Shown: piece after piece, positions 1 to 8,782 of the stretch
Position numbering within the stretch: position 1 is the stretch's first letter
How the letters are laid out: the number at the start of each line of letters is the position of its first letter
Assembly: GCF_003428155.1 (NCBI RefSeq)
Contig: NZ_QLIR01000018.1
Location: forward strand, 1,428 to 33,427
Direction: 5' to 3'
From: Fastidiosibacter lacustris
GTDB taxonomy: Bacteria > Pseudomonadota > Gammaproteobacteria > Francisellales > Francisellaceae
DNA: 32,000 nucleotides
The notes under the pieces: generated by a model
Seen by the model: the letters and a program-made list of their open reading frames with translations, nothing else
Database searches by the model: none
Told to the model about the DNA's origin: nothing
Program-made: the position numbers and the translations under genes

Positions 1-32
1 TGCAAGCGCTCTCCCAGCTGAGCTATAGCCCC
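1..32 (-). tRNA. tRNA-Ala, 5' portion only (cut by the window edge before the anticodon)
   Basis: The reverse complement of 1-32 is GGGGCTATAGCTCAGCTGGGAGAGCGCTTGCA. This gives the acceptor stem, D-arm and 5' half of the anticodon stem, matching my memory of enterobacterial tRNA-Ala(GGC). G3 of the G3:U70 identity pair is present. The anticodon lies outside the window. Confidence 0.8.
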
Positions 33-45
33 AAGCCGAAGCTGC

Positions 46-74
46 ATTCTAGTGTGCTTTTTATGGGCTGTCAA
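46..74 (-). promoter_or_regulatory. sigma70-type promoter for the tRNA-Ala gene
   Basis: The minus strand reads TTGACA (74-69), a 17-nt spacer, then TAGAAT (51-46). The -10 element ends 13 nt upstream of the mature tRNA 5' end at 32. Confidence 0.55.
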
Positions 75-396
75 GCACTAGATTTTAATAAACAAAAAAA
101 TTACTTCTAATAGGGGTTAATTCCATACATGGTTCTGCTTATTGAGGCAAGGATTTTTATTTAGATATTGATAAATTTATTCTTTTTATATTTACGTATA
201 TTGCCGCCCATCTGAATAAAAGAATCAATAAATTGGAAGATTCACTCTTGGTTTAATTAGGTCTGAGATTATTTGTACATTAATTTCATCGAGGTTTCAT
301 GTTGCAAAAATAATTTATTTCACAGAATATGTGAATAACTACGCTATAATGATAACACGATCTAGTTAGCGTAAGTTAAAAAGAAAGTTTCCATCG

Positions 397-803
397 ATGA
401 AAAACAAACGACTCAATTTGGCAGGATTCTCGTTGATCGAATTATTGGTAGTGATTGCTGTGATTGCAATTTTAACTGCAATTGCGATTCCACTGTATAA
501 CAGTTATACGTTGCGTGCACATCGCTCAGATGCAATCAGTGCACTTAGCACAATTGCCATGAATGAAGAAGCGCATATGCTCAGTAGTGGAATCTATACT
601 GGCACTTTGAATGAGGTCTGGTTAGGTACGACAAGTACAAGAGGCTTTTATGCTATGACCTGTCAGGCGTGAATAGTAGCGGCTATGTAATAACAGCAAC
701 TCCAATTGGTTCGCAAACTTCTGATAGTGGGGACTGTCCTCATTTAACATTAGCAGCCAACGACGGTTCAATCATCAGAACACCTACTGGTTGTTGGGAG
801 TAA
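397..803 (+). pseudogene. type IV pilin (PilE / minor-pilin-like), reading frame broken near 660-672
   Basis: The 397-672 ORF starts with a class III signal: MKNKRLNLAG/FSLIELLVVIAVIAILTAIAIP, with Gly-1, Phe+1 and Glu+5. It stops at TGA 670-672. A different frame, open from 615 to TAA 801-803, encodes ...NSSGYVITATPIGSQTSDSGDCPHLTLAANDGSIIRTPTGCWE. That is a typical pilin C-terminus with a Cys...Cys disulfide loop. Confidence 0.75.
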
Positions 804-807
804 GGTA

Positions 808-1545
808 TCAAAGTTTACGCCATAAAGCGTTGCCTTTGGATTTTTTATCTAGCAGGGTTAAGTATTCTTCATGTGCTTTGGGTGTACAATTGTCAGCAAG
901 TAAATCAATAAGCCTTATTTTATTAACTTCTTCAGCTTTTGCATGTGTCTGTATGGTGGAGCTTGTGGCTAATAAATGTGTTTGTGTATTGTCGCTTATG
1001 TCAGATAAGTTAAATAAATTAAGTTGTCCGCCAGTCATTAATAAATAGACTTCAGCTAAAAGCTCGGAGTCAAGAAGTGCACCATGAAGTGCTCGATGTT
1101 TGTTATTTACGCCGTAACGTGAGCAAAGCGCATCAAGCGAGTTTTTTTGTCCTGGATGTTTTTCTCTGGCCATGAGTAAGCTATCAATGATAGTGCAGTG
1201 GTTTTCAATCTGTCCCCACTTATTTGACTTAAGGTGTTGAAGCTCCCAATTTAAAAAGGGTAGGTCAAAAGCTGCGTTGTGTATGATTAGTTCTGAGCCT
1301 TGTAGAAATGCTATGATTTCATCAATTTTGTCAGCAAAAAGTGGTTTATCTGCCAAAAACTCATTGCTGATTCCATGAACTTGGAAAGCTCCTGCTTCAA
1401 CTTCAATATCTGGCTTGAAATAAAAGTGAAGATTCTTACCTGTAAGTTTGCGACTGATCATTTCAACAGCCCCAAATTCAATGATGCGATGACCAGCTTT
1501 ATAGTCAAACCCAGTTGTTTCAGTATCTACAAAAATTTGGCGCAT
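808..1545 (-). CDS. dnaQ: DNA polymerase III epsilon subunit (3'-5' proofreading exonuclease)
   Basis: 245 aa. DEDDh exonuclease motifs are present: FVDTETTG (ExoI), IIHNAAFDLPFL (ExoII) and HGALLDSELLAEVY (ExoIII). Confidence 0.9.
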   Translation of the reverse strand: MRQIFVDTETTGFDYKAGHRIIEFGAVEMISRKLTGKNLHFYFKPDIEVEAGAFQVHGISNEFLADKPLFADKIDEIIAFLQGSELIIHNAAFDLPFLNWELQHLKSNKWGQIENHCTIIDSLLMAREKHPGQKNSLDALCSRYGVNNKHRALHGALLDSELLAEVYLLMTGGQLNLFNLSDISDNTQTHLLATSSTIQTHAKAEEVNKIRLIDLLADNCTPKAHEEYLTLLDKKSKGNALWRKL

Positions 1546-1803
1546 GAAACCTTTCTATTGGTTAGGCAAAATATGGTAGCTATTATAGCCAAGCAAATAT
1601 TGTTTTGACACAGTAATGTTTAGCAATAGTCACTATAGTTTCTCTTCCTTAAATGCACCATGATTGACAATTAATACCAAGAGCGATTCAATGAATCTAG
1701 CGCTAACTCATTAATTTCATGACTTTTATTAGGTAGAGACTTAAGAGTAAAAAGTTTTGTTATTTATGTTGCTGAGTTATAGATTTAATTTATAGCAGAT
1801 AGC

Positions 1804-2946
1804 TTATGGCAAGAAAAGGTAAATTAAGTCATTTAAAAACCGTTGTCCAATCTTGCTAGGGATAAAATATTTTCCATTTTGAATAAGCAGCTTGCGATTA
1901 ATGGCTAGATCTAACGTTTGTTCAATCGTTTCTATTCCTAAACCAGTCGTTTGCTCAAATAAGTCAGTTGAGAATCCATTGTATAAGCGTAGTGCATTGA
2001 GCATAAACTCATATGGACGATCTTCTTTCATAATTTGGGATTGCCCATAAGGAAACCTTTTTTCGCTGATATAGAGTGTTGGATGCTTGCGCTTCCAATA
2101 GCGCTTGATGATATTTTGTTGTGGATAACTTATTTTACTGTGAGCGCCTGCACCTATCCCTATGTAATCGCCAAAGTGCCAATAATTAAGGTTATGTTTA
2201 GCTTGGAGTGTTTTGCATTTGGCATAAGCAGATGTTTCATATTGATCAAAACCTTGCTCACCAATCAATGCTTTGCCTTGAGTTTCAATTTCATAAAGTA
2301 AATCTTCATCTGGCAGCTTAGGTGGTTTCACGGCAAAAGGGGTGTTAGGCTCAAGTGTGAGTTGATACCAGGATAAGTGTGTTGGTTCTAAAGCAATTGC
2401 CTGGTTTAAATCATAGATAGCATCTCCAACGCTTTGATTGGGTAAGCCGTGCATAAGGTCAAGGTTAAAGTTATTAAATCCCGCGCATTTTAGCTTTTCT
2501 ACTGCATGATAGATATTTTGGTCATTATGAATACGACCAAGGATTTGTAGTTTATCATTTTGGAAGCTTTGTACTCCAAGTGATATGCGGTTGATACCCA
2601 TAGCTTTATAATCACAAAATTTACCATGCTCAATAGTACCTGGGTTAGCTTCCAATGTGATTTCGGTGTTATTGTCGGTAAGGTTGTGTTGATTAAGGTA
2701 ATCAAAAAATTTAGATAATGTTAGGCTTGGAAATAATGAAGGTGTCCCTCCACCTAAAAAAATGGAGCTAAATTTCCTGTCTTGTAAATCTTGATGATGA
2801 CTTTCTAAATCACGAATAAGCGTTTGTAGATATTCGTTGGCTGGCAAGGATGTTCTTAATTGATGTGAATTAAAATCGCAATAAGGGCATTTTTTGACAC
2901 ACCAAGGAAAATGAACATAAAGGCTTATAGGTGGAAGTTTTAACAT
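1804..2946 (-). CDS. hemW: radical SAM heme chaperone HemW (HemN-like, YggW family)
   Basis: 380 aa. It has an N-terminal CxxxCxxC radical-SAM motif (WCVKKCPYCDF), GGGTPS, and HemN-like C-terminal length and organisation. Its ATG overlaps the stop of the upstream usp gene (TAATG). Confidence 0.85.
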   Translation of the reverse strand: MLKLPPISLYVHFPWCVKKCPYCDFNSHQLRTSLPANEYLQTLIRDLESHHQDLQDRKFSSIFLGGGTPSLFPSLTLSKFFDYLNQHNLTDNNTEITLEANPGTIEHGKFCDYKAMGINRISLGVQSFQNDKLQILGRIHNDQNIYHAVEKLKCAGFNNFNLDLMHGLPNQSVGDAIYDLNQAIALEPTHLSWYQLTLEPNTPFAVKPPKLPDEDLLYEIETQGKALIGEQGFDQYETSAYAKCKTLQAKHNLNYWHFGDYIGIGAGAHSKISYPQQNIIKRYWKRKHPTLYISEKRFPYGQSQIMKEDRPYEFMLNALRLYNGFSTDLFEQTTGLGIETIEQTLDLAINRKLLIQNGKYFIPSKIGQRFLNDLIYLFLP

Positions 2947-3392
2947 TATTTGGATTGACCAATGCGAATAACAAGTACATCACAGTGCGCGCGTTGCAAT
3001 ACACCATTTGCAGTTGAGCCAATAAAGCGCTCAACACCATAGCGACCATGGCTGCCGATAACAATAATATCACAGTTAAGCTCTTCAGCAAGCTTGACGA
3101 TTTTGCGCTTTGGTGAACCATGCAATAGATGAAAATCCGCTTCGATGTCAATTTGTGCCTCCAATGCTTTTAAATGCTTCATATTTTCTTCTTCTAGATA
3201 ATCCTCTAGATCAGAAATAGAAGGAACGCCTGAGGCCATGTAATATGGAATATTTGGTAAAACATTGACTACGCTTAATTTTGCATTATTGCGTTTAGCA
3301 AGAGATACGGCTTGTTCAATGACTGGTTGATTGTCGGCGTGTAGATCCGTCGCGAGTAAGATGTGCTTGTAATTTTTCATCAGGAACTCCAA
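2946..3392 (-). CDS. universal stress protein (UspA family)
   Basis: 148 aa. It reads YKHILLATDL...AKLSVVNV...DIIVIGSHGRYG...GSTANGVLQRAHCDVLVI, the typical Usp fold with its ATP-binding G-2x-G-9x-G(S/T) region. Confidence 0.8.
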   Translation of the reverse strand: MEFLMKNYKHILLATDLHADNQPVIEQAVSLAKRNNAKLSVVNVLPNIPYYMASGVPSISDLEDYLEEENMKHLKALEAQIDIEADFHLLHGSPKRKIVKLAEELNCDIIVIGSHGRYGVERFIGSTANGVLQRAHCDVLVIRIGQSK

Positions 3393-3562
3393 AACTATAT
3401 TAATGTTGAACGATAAGCATTTTAAAAAACTTCATCTGTAAAAGATAGTGAGAGTTATGGTGAAAAAAATATGATTGTGGTCTATTTCGCCAAATACTAG
3501 TTGAAATATAAGGGTTAAAAATTTAAGCTAGCCGCTATCGTTTTAAAGTCAATTCTAGGTAA

Positions 3563-3892
3563 ATGATGATGAATGCGAATATGGGTAAGTTCATGCAACA
3601 AGCGCAAAAAATGCAAGAGCAAATGAAAAAAATGCAAGAGGCACAAGAAAGTATAGAGGTAACTGGTGAATCAGGTGTTGGTCTTGTAAAGGTAATTATG
3701 ACAGGTAAACACGATGTTAAACGTGTTGAAATCGATCCAAGTTTGTTGACAGAGGAAAAAGAAATTTTGGAAGATCTTTTTGCTGCTGCGGTTAATGATG
3801 CAGTGCGTAGAATTGAAACAAAGGCTCAAGAAAGCATGGCGCATTTTAGCAAGGGTTTTAATATTCCAGCTGGTTTTAAATTCCCATTCTAA
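3563..3892 (+). CDS. ybaB: nucleoid-associated protein YbaB/EbfC
   Basis: 109 aa. [16 protein letters not shown]...[30 protein letters not shown]...PAGFKFPF is colinear with E. coli YbaB. It sits directly upstream of recR, as in many bacteria. Several adjacent ATGs make the exact start uncertain. Confidence 0.9.
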   Translation: MMMNANMGKFMQQAQKMQEQMKKMQEAQESIEVTGESGVGLVKVIMTGKHDVKRVEIDPSLLTEEKEILEDLFAAAVNDAVRRIETKAQESMAHFSKGFNIPAGFKFPF

Positions 3893-3916
3893 TTAATCTG
3901 ATTTAATTCTTTTGAT

Positions 3917-4522
3917 ATGACGCAAAAATTGTTTTCACCTAAGGTAGAAGCCCTGATTGAAGCATTAAAAATATTGCCAGGGGTGGGCAGAAAAAGTGCC
4001 CAGAGAATGGCGATTCAGCTGTTAGATAAAAAGCCAGATGCTGCTCAGCAATTAGCTCATAGTATTAGTGAGGCGGTACGTGCTGTAAAACGCTGTACGC
4101 AATGTAATATGTTATGCGAAACAGATGTGTGCCATATTTGTGCAAGTCCACGCCGAGACGATACACAACTTTGTGTTGTTGAGAATATGTTGGATATGAT
4201 GGCAATTGAAAGTACCGCAATTTATTTGGGCAAATATTTTATTTTACATGGACGTATTTCTCCACTAGATGGGATGGGACCTAATGAATTGAAATTACCA
4301 AGACTCAAAGCCATTGTACTTCAAAAGCAAATCACTGAGATTGTGATGGCACTTAGTCCATCTGTTGAGGGTGAGACAACGGTACACTTTATTTCAGATA
4401 TGTTAAAAGTGCACGAGTGTAAGATTACACGCATTGGCTTTGGTGTGCCGTTTGGTGGTGAGCTTGAGTATTTAGATCAAAAAACTTTAACACATGCCTT
4501 TAATGCACGCGTAAACTTTTGA
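3917..4522 (+). CDS. recR: recombination protein RecR
   Basis: 201 aa. It has the helix-hairpin-helix LPGVGRKSAQRMA, a C4 zinc finger (CTQCNMLCETDVCHIC) and a Toprim-like region (LCVVENMLDMMAIE). Confidence 0.92.
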   Translation: MTQKLFSPKVEALIEALKILPGVGRKSAQRMAIQLLDKKPDAAQQLAHSISEAVRAVKRCTQCNMLCETDVCHICASPRRDDTQLCVVENMLDMMAIESTAIYLGKYFILHGRISPLDGMGPNELKLPRLKAIVLQKQITEIVMALSPSVEGETTVHFISDMLKVHECKITRIGFGVPFGGELEYLDQKTLTHAFNARVNF

Positions 4523-4557
4523 TTGACTTTTTATGATAAGTACTAGTCTTGCTCTAC

Positions 4558-4896
4558 TTACAATGCTTCTTCATCTTTTTCGCAGGTGCGAATGCGAATG
4601 ACTTCGTCTAAATGAGTAACAGTGATTTTACCTGAGCCGATTTTATCGCTTTTATTCACCTCAACGATGGCATCAATAAACACATCTTTTTGTGTATCTT
4701 TGCAGATTACGTCTATTTTGATCTTCGGCAAAAAATCAACAGCATATTCTGCACCTCGATATAGTTCCGTGTGACCTAATTGACGACCGAAGCCTTTGAC
4801 TTCCGTCACCGTAATGCCAGATGCGCCTGCAATTAACAAGGCTTCACGAGTGCGATCCAATAAAAAAGGTTTAATATAAGCAGTAATTAGCTTCAT
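4558..4896 (-). CDS. glnB: P-II family nitrogen regulatory protein
   Basis: 112 aa. The T-loop reads TEVKGFGRQLGHTELYRGAEY with Tyr51 retained. FLPKIK (Lys58) and a B-loop KIGSGKIT are present. It is colinear with GlnB/GlnK. Confidence 0.85.
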   Translation of the reverse strand: MKLITAYIKPFLLDRTREALLIAGASGITVTEVKGFGRQLGHTELYRGAEYAVDFLPKIKIDVICKDTQKDVFIDAIVEVNKSDKIGSGKITVTHLDEVIRIRTCEKDEEAL

Positions 4897-4972
4897 GCTC
4901 GAATTAATTTATCAATTTGAATGACTATGCTACATTATGCACTATCTATAAGTAAAGAATTAAGAGTCAGCA

Positions 4973-5227
4973 ATGAAAATCAATAGCAAAATTATCGACG
5001 ATGTTGCCAATAAAATTTCTCATTCCCTTCCTAGTGGAATTAAAAGTATTGCAAGCGAATTTGAAAGCAGTTGTAAAAGCATTCTTAAAGCAAGCTTCGA
5101 GAAGTTGGATTTAGTTACACGTGAAGAGTTTGATATCCAAAAAGAGGTTTTATTGAAAACTCGTCAAAAGCTTGAGCAACTCGAAAAGAAAATCGATGAA
5201 TTGCTTGCTCAACACGATGGCAAATAG
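4973..5227 (+). CDS. ubiK: UbiK/YqiC family accessory factor (coiled-coil, BMFP-like)
   Basis: 84 aa. The C-terminal DLVTREEFDIQKEVLLKTRQKLEQLEKKIDEL is the characteristic YqiC/UbiK leucine-zipper region. Confidence 0.7.
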   Translation: MKINSKIIDDVANKISHSLPSGIKSIASEFESSCKSILKASFEKLDLVTREEFDIQKEVLLKTRQKLEQLEKKIDELLAQHDGK

Positions 5228-5236
5228 GTAGTTTAG

Positions 5237-6742
5237 ATGTCATTGGCTACTGTTTATAGTCGTGCACAACTTGGAATTGAAGCACCTTCTGTCACAGTTG
5301 AGGTCCATTTATCGCAAGGTTTGCCAAGCTTGTCTATAGTAGGGCTTCCTGAAGCTGCGGTAAAAGAGAGTAAAGATCGTGTAAGAAGTGCGATCATCAA
5401 TTCTGGCTTCCAATTTCCAACCAAACGTATCACCATTAACCTTGCTCCTGCTGATTTACCTAAAGAAGGCGGTCGATATGATCTTCCCATTGCTATTGGT
5501 ATTTTACTTGCTTCCAAGCAAATCATAGCACCTGAAGTCTTGGAATATGAGTTTGCGGCTGAGCTTTCGCTTTCAGGGAAGCTGCGTCCAATAAAAGGCA
5601 TGCTCCCTTTTGCTATTCAATGCTTAAAGAGTAGTCGCAGTCTAATATTTGCACTAAAAAACCAAGAAGAAGTGGCGCTTGTTCCCAATATGTGTGCTTA
5701 CTCTGCCAAAAACCTACAAGAAGTTGTTTTGCATTTATCTAGGACTCAACTGCTAAATAAGTTGACTTTGTCCGAAAAGCAAATGAGTACACAAAGGCTG
5801 TTAGATTTAGCAGATGTTAAGGGGCAATTTCAAGCAAAACGCGCTCTTGAAATTGCAGCTGCGGGTGGGCATAACCTATTGTTTGTTGGACCGCCTGGTA
5901 CTGGAAAAACAATGCTAGCTTCTCGCTTTAATACCATATTGCCAGCATTGACGATGGATGAGGCATTAAGTACAGCAATGATTGCCTCAATTAAGGGTAT
6001 GAGCAATATTGCAGAGCGTTTTTATGAGCGTCCATTTCGTGCGCCGCACCACACGTCATCTGCGATTTCCCTTGTTGGTGGAGGTACTAATCCCAAACCG
6101 GGTGAGATTTCTTTAGCACACAATGGTGTGTTGTTTTTGGATGAGCTACCAGAATTTGATCGACATGTATTGGAAGTTCTACGTGAACCATTGGAATCTG
6201 GCACAATTATTATCTCTCGCGCCAACGCTCAAGTTGAGTATCCTGCTAAATTTCAGCTTATTGCAGCGATGAATCCTTGTCCTTGTGGTTTTTTAGGCTC
6301 ACAAGTAAAGTCCTGTAAAGATACGGATGTTCAGATAAAACGTTATCAACAAAAACTCTCAGGACCTTTACTGGATCGAATTGATTTACAGGTGGAAGTG
6401 TTAGAAGTTGATCATCACACTTTAACTAATATAGATCGTCAAGTTTCAAGTGCTGAAATAAAAGCGCGTGTTACGGTAGCACGTGCACGTCAGCTTAAGC
6501 GCCAAAATAAAATTAATGCCGAACTTCAAGGCAAGGAAATTGATCAATTTTGTGTTTTAGGTAATAATGAGCGGCTGTTATTGGCGGATGCCATACAAAA
6601 GCTTGGATTGTCGGCAAGAGGGTATCACCGTATCTTAAAAATTGCCCGTACTATTGCTGACTTAGAGACCGCGGATTTGATTAGCAAACAACACATTCAA
6701 GAGGCAATTAGCTATCGCAAATTTGAACGTTTTCGTCAATAA
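5237..6742 (+). CDS. comM: YifB/ComM family Mg-chelatase-like AAA+ ATPase
   Basis: 501 aa. It has an N-terminal Lon-protease-like ChlI domain (VEVHLSQGLPSLSIVGLPEAAVKESKDRV). Walker A is GPPGTGKT and Walker B is VLFLDELPEF. The C-terminal region reads SARGYHRILKIARTIADL. Confidence 0.9.
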   Translation: MSLATVYSRAQLGIEAPSVTVEVHLSQGLPSLSIVGLPEAAVKESKDRVRSAIINSGFQFPTKRITINLAPADLPKEGGRYDLPIAIGILLASKQIIAPEVLEYEFAAELSLSGKLRPIKGMLPFAIQCLKSSRSLIFALKNQEEVALVPNMCAYSAKNLQEVVLHLSRTQLLNKLTLSEKQMSTQRLLDLADVKGQFQAKRALEIAAAGGHNLLFVGPPGTGKTMLASRFNTILPALTMDEALSTAMIASIKGMSNIAERFYERPFRAPHHTSSAISLVGGGTNPKPGEISLAHNGVLFLDELPEFDRHVLEVLREPLESGTIIISRANAQVEYPAKFQLIAAMNPCPCGFLGSQVKSCKDTDVQIKRYQQKLSGPLLDRIDLQVEVLEVDHHTLTNIDRQVSSAEIKARVTVARARQLKRQNKINAELQGKEIDQFCVLGNNERLLLADAIQKLGLSARGYHRILKIARTIADLETADLISKQHIQEAISYRKFERFRQ

Positions 6743-6771
6743 CATAAACATGAATAAAAATGGTAGTGTAG

Positions 6772-7686
6772 ATGAAAAAAATTAGTTCACAGTTATTAGT
6801 CTTTATACTGTATTTATGGAGCAGACTCAGCTTTGGTATGGCGCAACGTATTGGCTGGGTGATTGGATCATTATTTTATTACTTTAATAATAATATGCGT
6901 AGAGTAGCAAGTATTAACATTGATAAATGCTTTCCTGATCTAAGTGTTTATCACAAAAAGCGTTTGTTGAAAAAAACGCTTCAGCAAACGTGCATGACAG
7001 GCGCTGAAATGCCTGCTATTTTATTCAAAAGTCCTCAAAAGCTATTGCAACAAATTCGTGTGACCCATGGCGATAAACTGATGCAAAAGCTCTATGAAGA
7101 GGCGCGTGGAGTGATGGTGTTAGGGCCGCACATTGGTAGTTATGAAATAGGTTCTATGTTTTACCCAAATAGTTATCCTGCGGCAATGCTTTATACTCCA
7201 CCCAAGATCAAGACTTTGGATCGACTCATTTTACGTGCACGTTCACGCCTATGCAAAAACATGTCTCCTGCTAGTCACAAGGGTGTCAAAATGCTGTTTA
7301 AAGCACTTGCCAATAAAGAAGTCATTGCGATGCTAACCGATCAAGTGCCAGTCGATGCAGGCGGCACTTACGTTGATTTCTTTGGTCATCCTGCTAAAAC
7401 CATGAACTTTCCAACGAAGTTATACCAAAAGCTTAAACCTGCTGTTGTCTTGAGTTATGTTGTTAGAAATGGTATCGGTAAAGGTTCTACTTTATTTATT
7501 GAGGATCTTGAACCTTTGATCAAAAAATATGAAATGCTAGATGATATTGAAGACCCTGTAGCATATGCTTTTAGTAAGCGTTTTGAAGAAATCATTCGCC
7601 AATATCCAGAGCAATATCAATGGACTTATAAACGCTTTAAATATCATCCAGATGGTTTGGACTACTACGAGAAGGATAAAAAATGA
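6772..7686 (+). CDS. lipid A biosynthesis late acyltransferase family protein (LpxL/HtrB-like)
   Basis: 304 aa. It has an N-terminal hydrophobic anchor and an HX4D/E acyltransferase motif (GPHIGSYE). The downstream LTDQVP...VDFFGHPAKT block is typical of the LpxL/LpxM/LpxP family. Its stop overlaps the hemE start (ATGA). Confidence 0.7.
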   Translation: MKKISSQLLVFILYLWSRLSFGMAQRIGWVIGSLFYYFNNNMRRVASINIDKCFPDLSVYHKKRLLKKTLQQTCMTGAEMPAILFKSPQKLLQQIRVTHGDKLMQKLYEEARGVMVLGPHIGSYEIGSMFYPNSYPAAMLYTPPKIKTLDRLILRARSRLCKNMSPASHKGVKMLFKALANKEVIAMLTDQVPVDAGGTYVDFFGHPAKTMNFPTKLYQKLKPAVVLSYVVRNGIGKGSTLFIEDLEPLIKKYEMLDDIEDPVAYAFSKRFEEIIRQYPEQYQWTYKRFKYHPDGLDYYEKDKK

Positions 7687-8720
7687 GAACCTTATTTTTG
7701 GATGCGTTGCTTGGCAAGCCCGTTGAACAAACGCCACTTTGGATTATGCGTCAAGCGGGTCGTTACTTGCCTGAGTATCGTAAAACGCGTGCCAAGTTTA
7801 ATGACTTTATGCAGATGTGTCGTAATTCTGAGGCTTGCTGTGAAGTGGCTTTACAACCACTAGATCGTTATGAACTTGATGCTGCTATTGTTTTCTCGGA
7901 TATTTTAACCATACCTGAAGCAATGGGTATGGAACTTAAATTTATCTCAAGCAAAGGTCCTGTTTTTCCAACACCACTTACCACACAAAAAGATATTGAT
8001 GGATTGGATGACAAAAATGCGCTAGAAAAACTCAAATATGTGATGGACGCAGTTTCTACTACCAAATTAGCTGTAAAGAATCGAGTTCCTTTAATTGGTT
8101 TTAGTGGTAGTCCTTGGACGCTTGCAGCTTACATGGTTGAAGGTCAAGGGTCAAAGCAATTTACTGAGATTAGAAAAATGCTCTATAGTGTACCTTTTTT
8201 ACTCCACACTCTGCTCAAAAAATTAGCTCATATCGTGACTGATTATTTAGATCAACAGATCCAAGCGGGTGCCGATGCAATCATGATTTTTGATACCTGG
8301 GGTGGTGTTTTGACTGAAAAAAGTTATGCACTTTTCTCATTAAATTACATGCGACACATTATTGCTGAACTTAAAGAACGTCATCCAAATGTGCCTGTTA
8401 CGCTATTTACTAAAGGGGGTGGTTTATGGTTAGATCAGCTAGTGCAGGTAAACTGCAGTGGCGTGGGGATTGACTGGAGTATAGACATAATGCGTGCACG
8501 TGGTCTTGTTGCTGACAAAGTTGCCTTACAGGGAAACCTTGACCCAGCTGTGCTTTACGGTGATCATAACAGCATTCGTAATCAAGTAAAATATATTGTC
8601 GAAAGCCAGAAATGTCATTCTAAATTTGTGTTTAATCTTGGTCATGGTATTTATCCGGACATTGACCCAGATAAAGTAAAAACAATGGTTAATGCTGTAC
8701 GTGAGTTTGGCATGAAATAG
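7683..8720 (+). CDS. hemE: uroporphyrinogen decarboxylase
   Basis: 345 aa. It has the signature PLWIMRQAGRYLPEYR, then AIVFSDILT, GFSGSPWTLAAYMVEG and FNLGHGI. Confidence 0.93.
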   Translation: MRTLFLDALLGKPVEQTPLWIMRQAGRYLPEYRKTRAKFNDFMQMCRNSEACCEVALQPLDRYELDAAIVFSDILTIPEAMGMELKFISSKGPVFPTPLTTQKDIDGLDDKNALEKLKYVMDAVSTTKLAVKNRVPLIGFSGSPWTLAAYMVEGQGSKQFTEIRKMLYSVPFLLHTLLKKLAHIVTDYLDQQIQAGADAIMIFDTWGGVLTEKSYALFSLNYMRHIIAELKERHPNVPVTLFTKGGGLWLDQLVQVNCSGVGIDWSIDIMRARGLVADKVALQGNLDPAVLYGDHNSIRNQVKYIVESQKCHSKFVFNLGHGIYPDIDPDKVKTMVNAVREFGMK

Positions 8721-8782
8721 AAAAACGACTAACTTTAACAATTATTAGCGTTCTTAACAAACAAAATAACAACTGAGTTAAT

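Noticed and set aside
791-1048. 85-aa plus-strand ORF overlapping the 3' end of dnaQ
   Set aside because: It lies antisense within a confidently identified dnaQ gene. Its composition is Cys/Leu/Ser-rich with no recognisable motif, as expected for a shadow ORF.
1664-1692. Promoter-like TTGACA, 17 nt, TTCAAT on the plus strand in the dnaQ-hemW intergenic region
   Set aside because: It points into the 3' end of hemW (antisense) with no downstream ORF or terminator. Matches like this arise by chance in AT-rich intergenic DNA. It could drive an sRNA, but I have no supporting structure.
5254-5601. 115-aa minus-strand ORF inside comM/yifB; similar antisense or out-of-frame track ORFs occur at 1375-1608, 2035-2301, 2499-2705, 2870-3151, 6022-6225, 7537-7737, 7868-8065, 8526-8741, 9294-9647, 9868-10109 and 10334-10726
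   Set aside because: All are embedded in strongly supported genes on the other strand or in another frame. None has a recognisable domain or RBS context. I treat them as spurious shadow ORFs.
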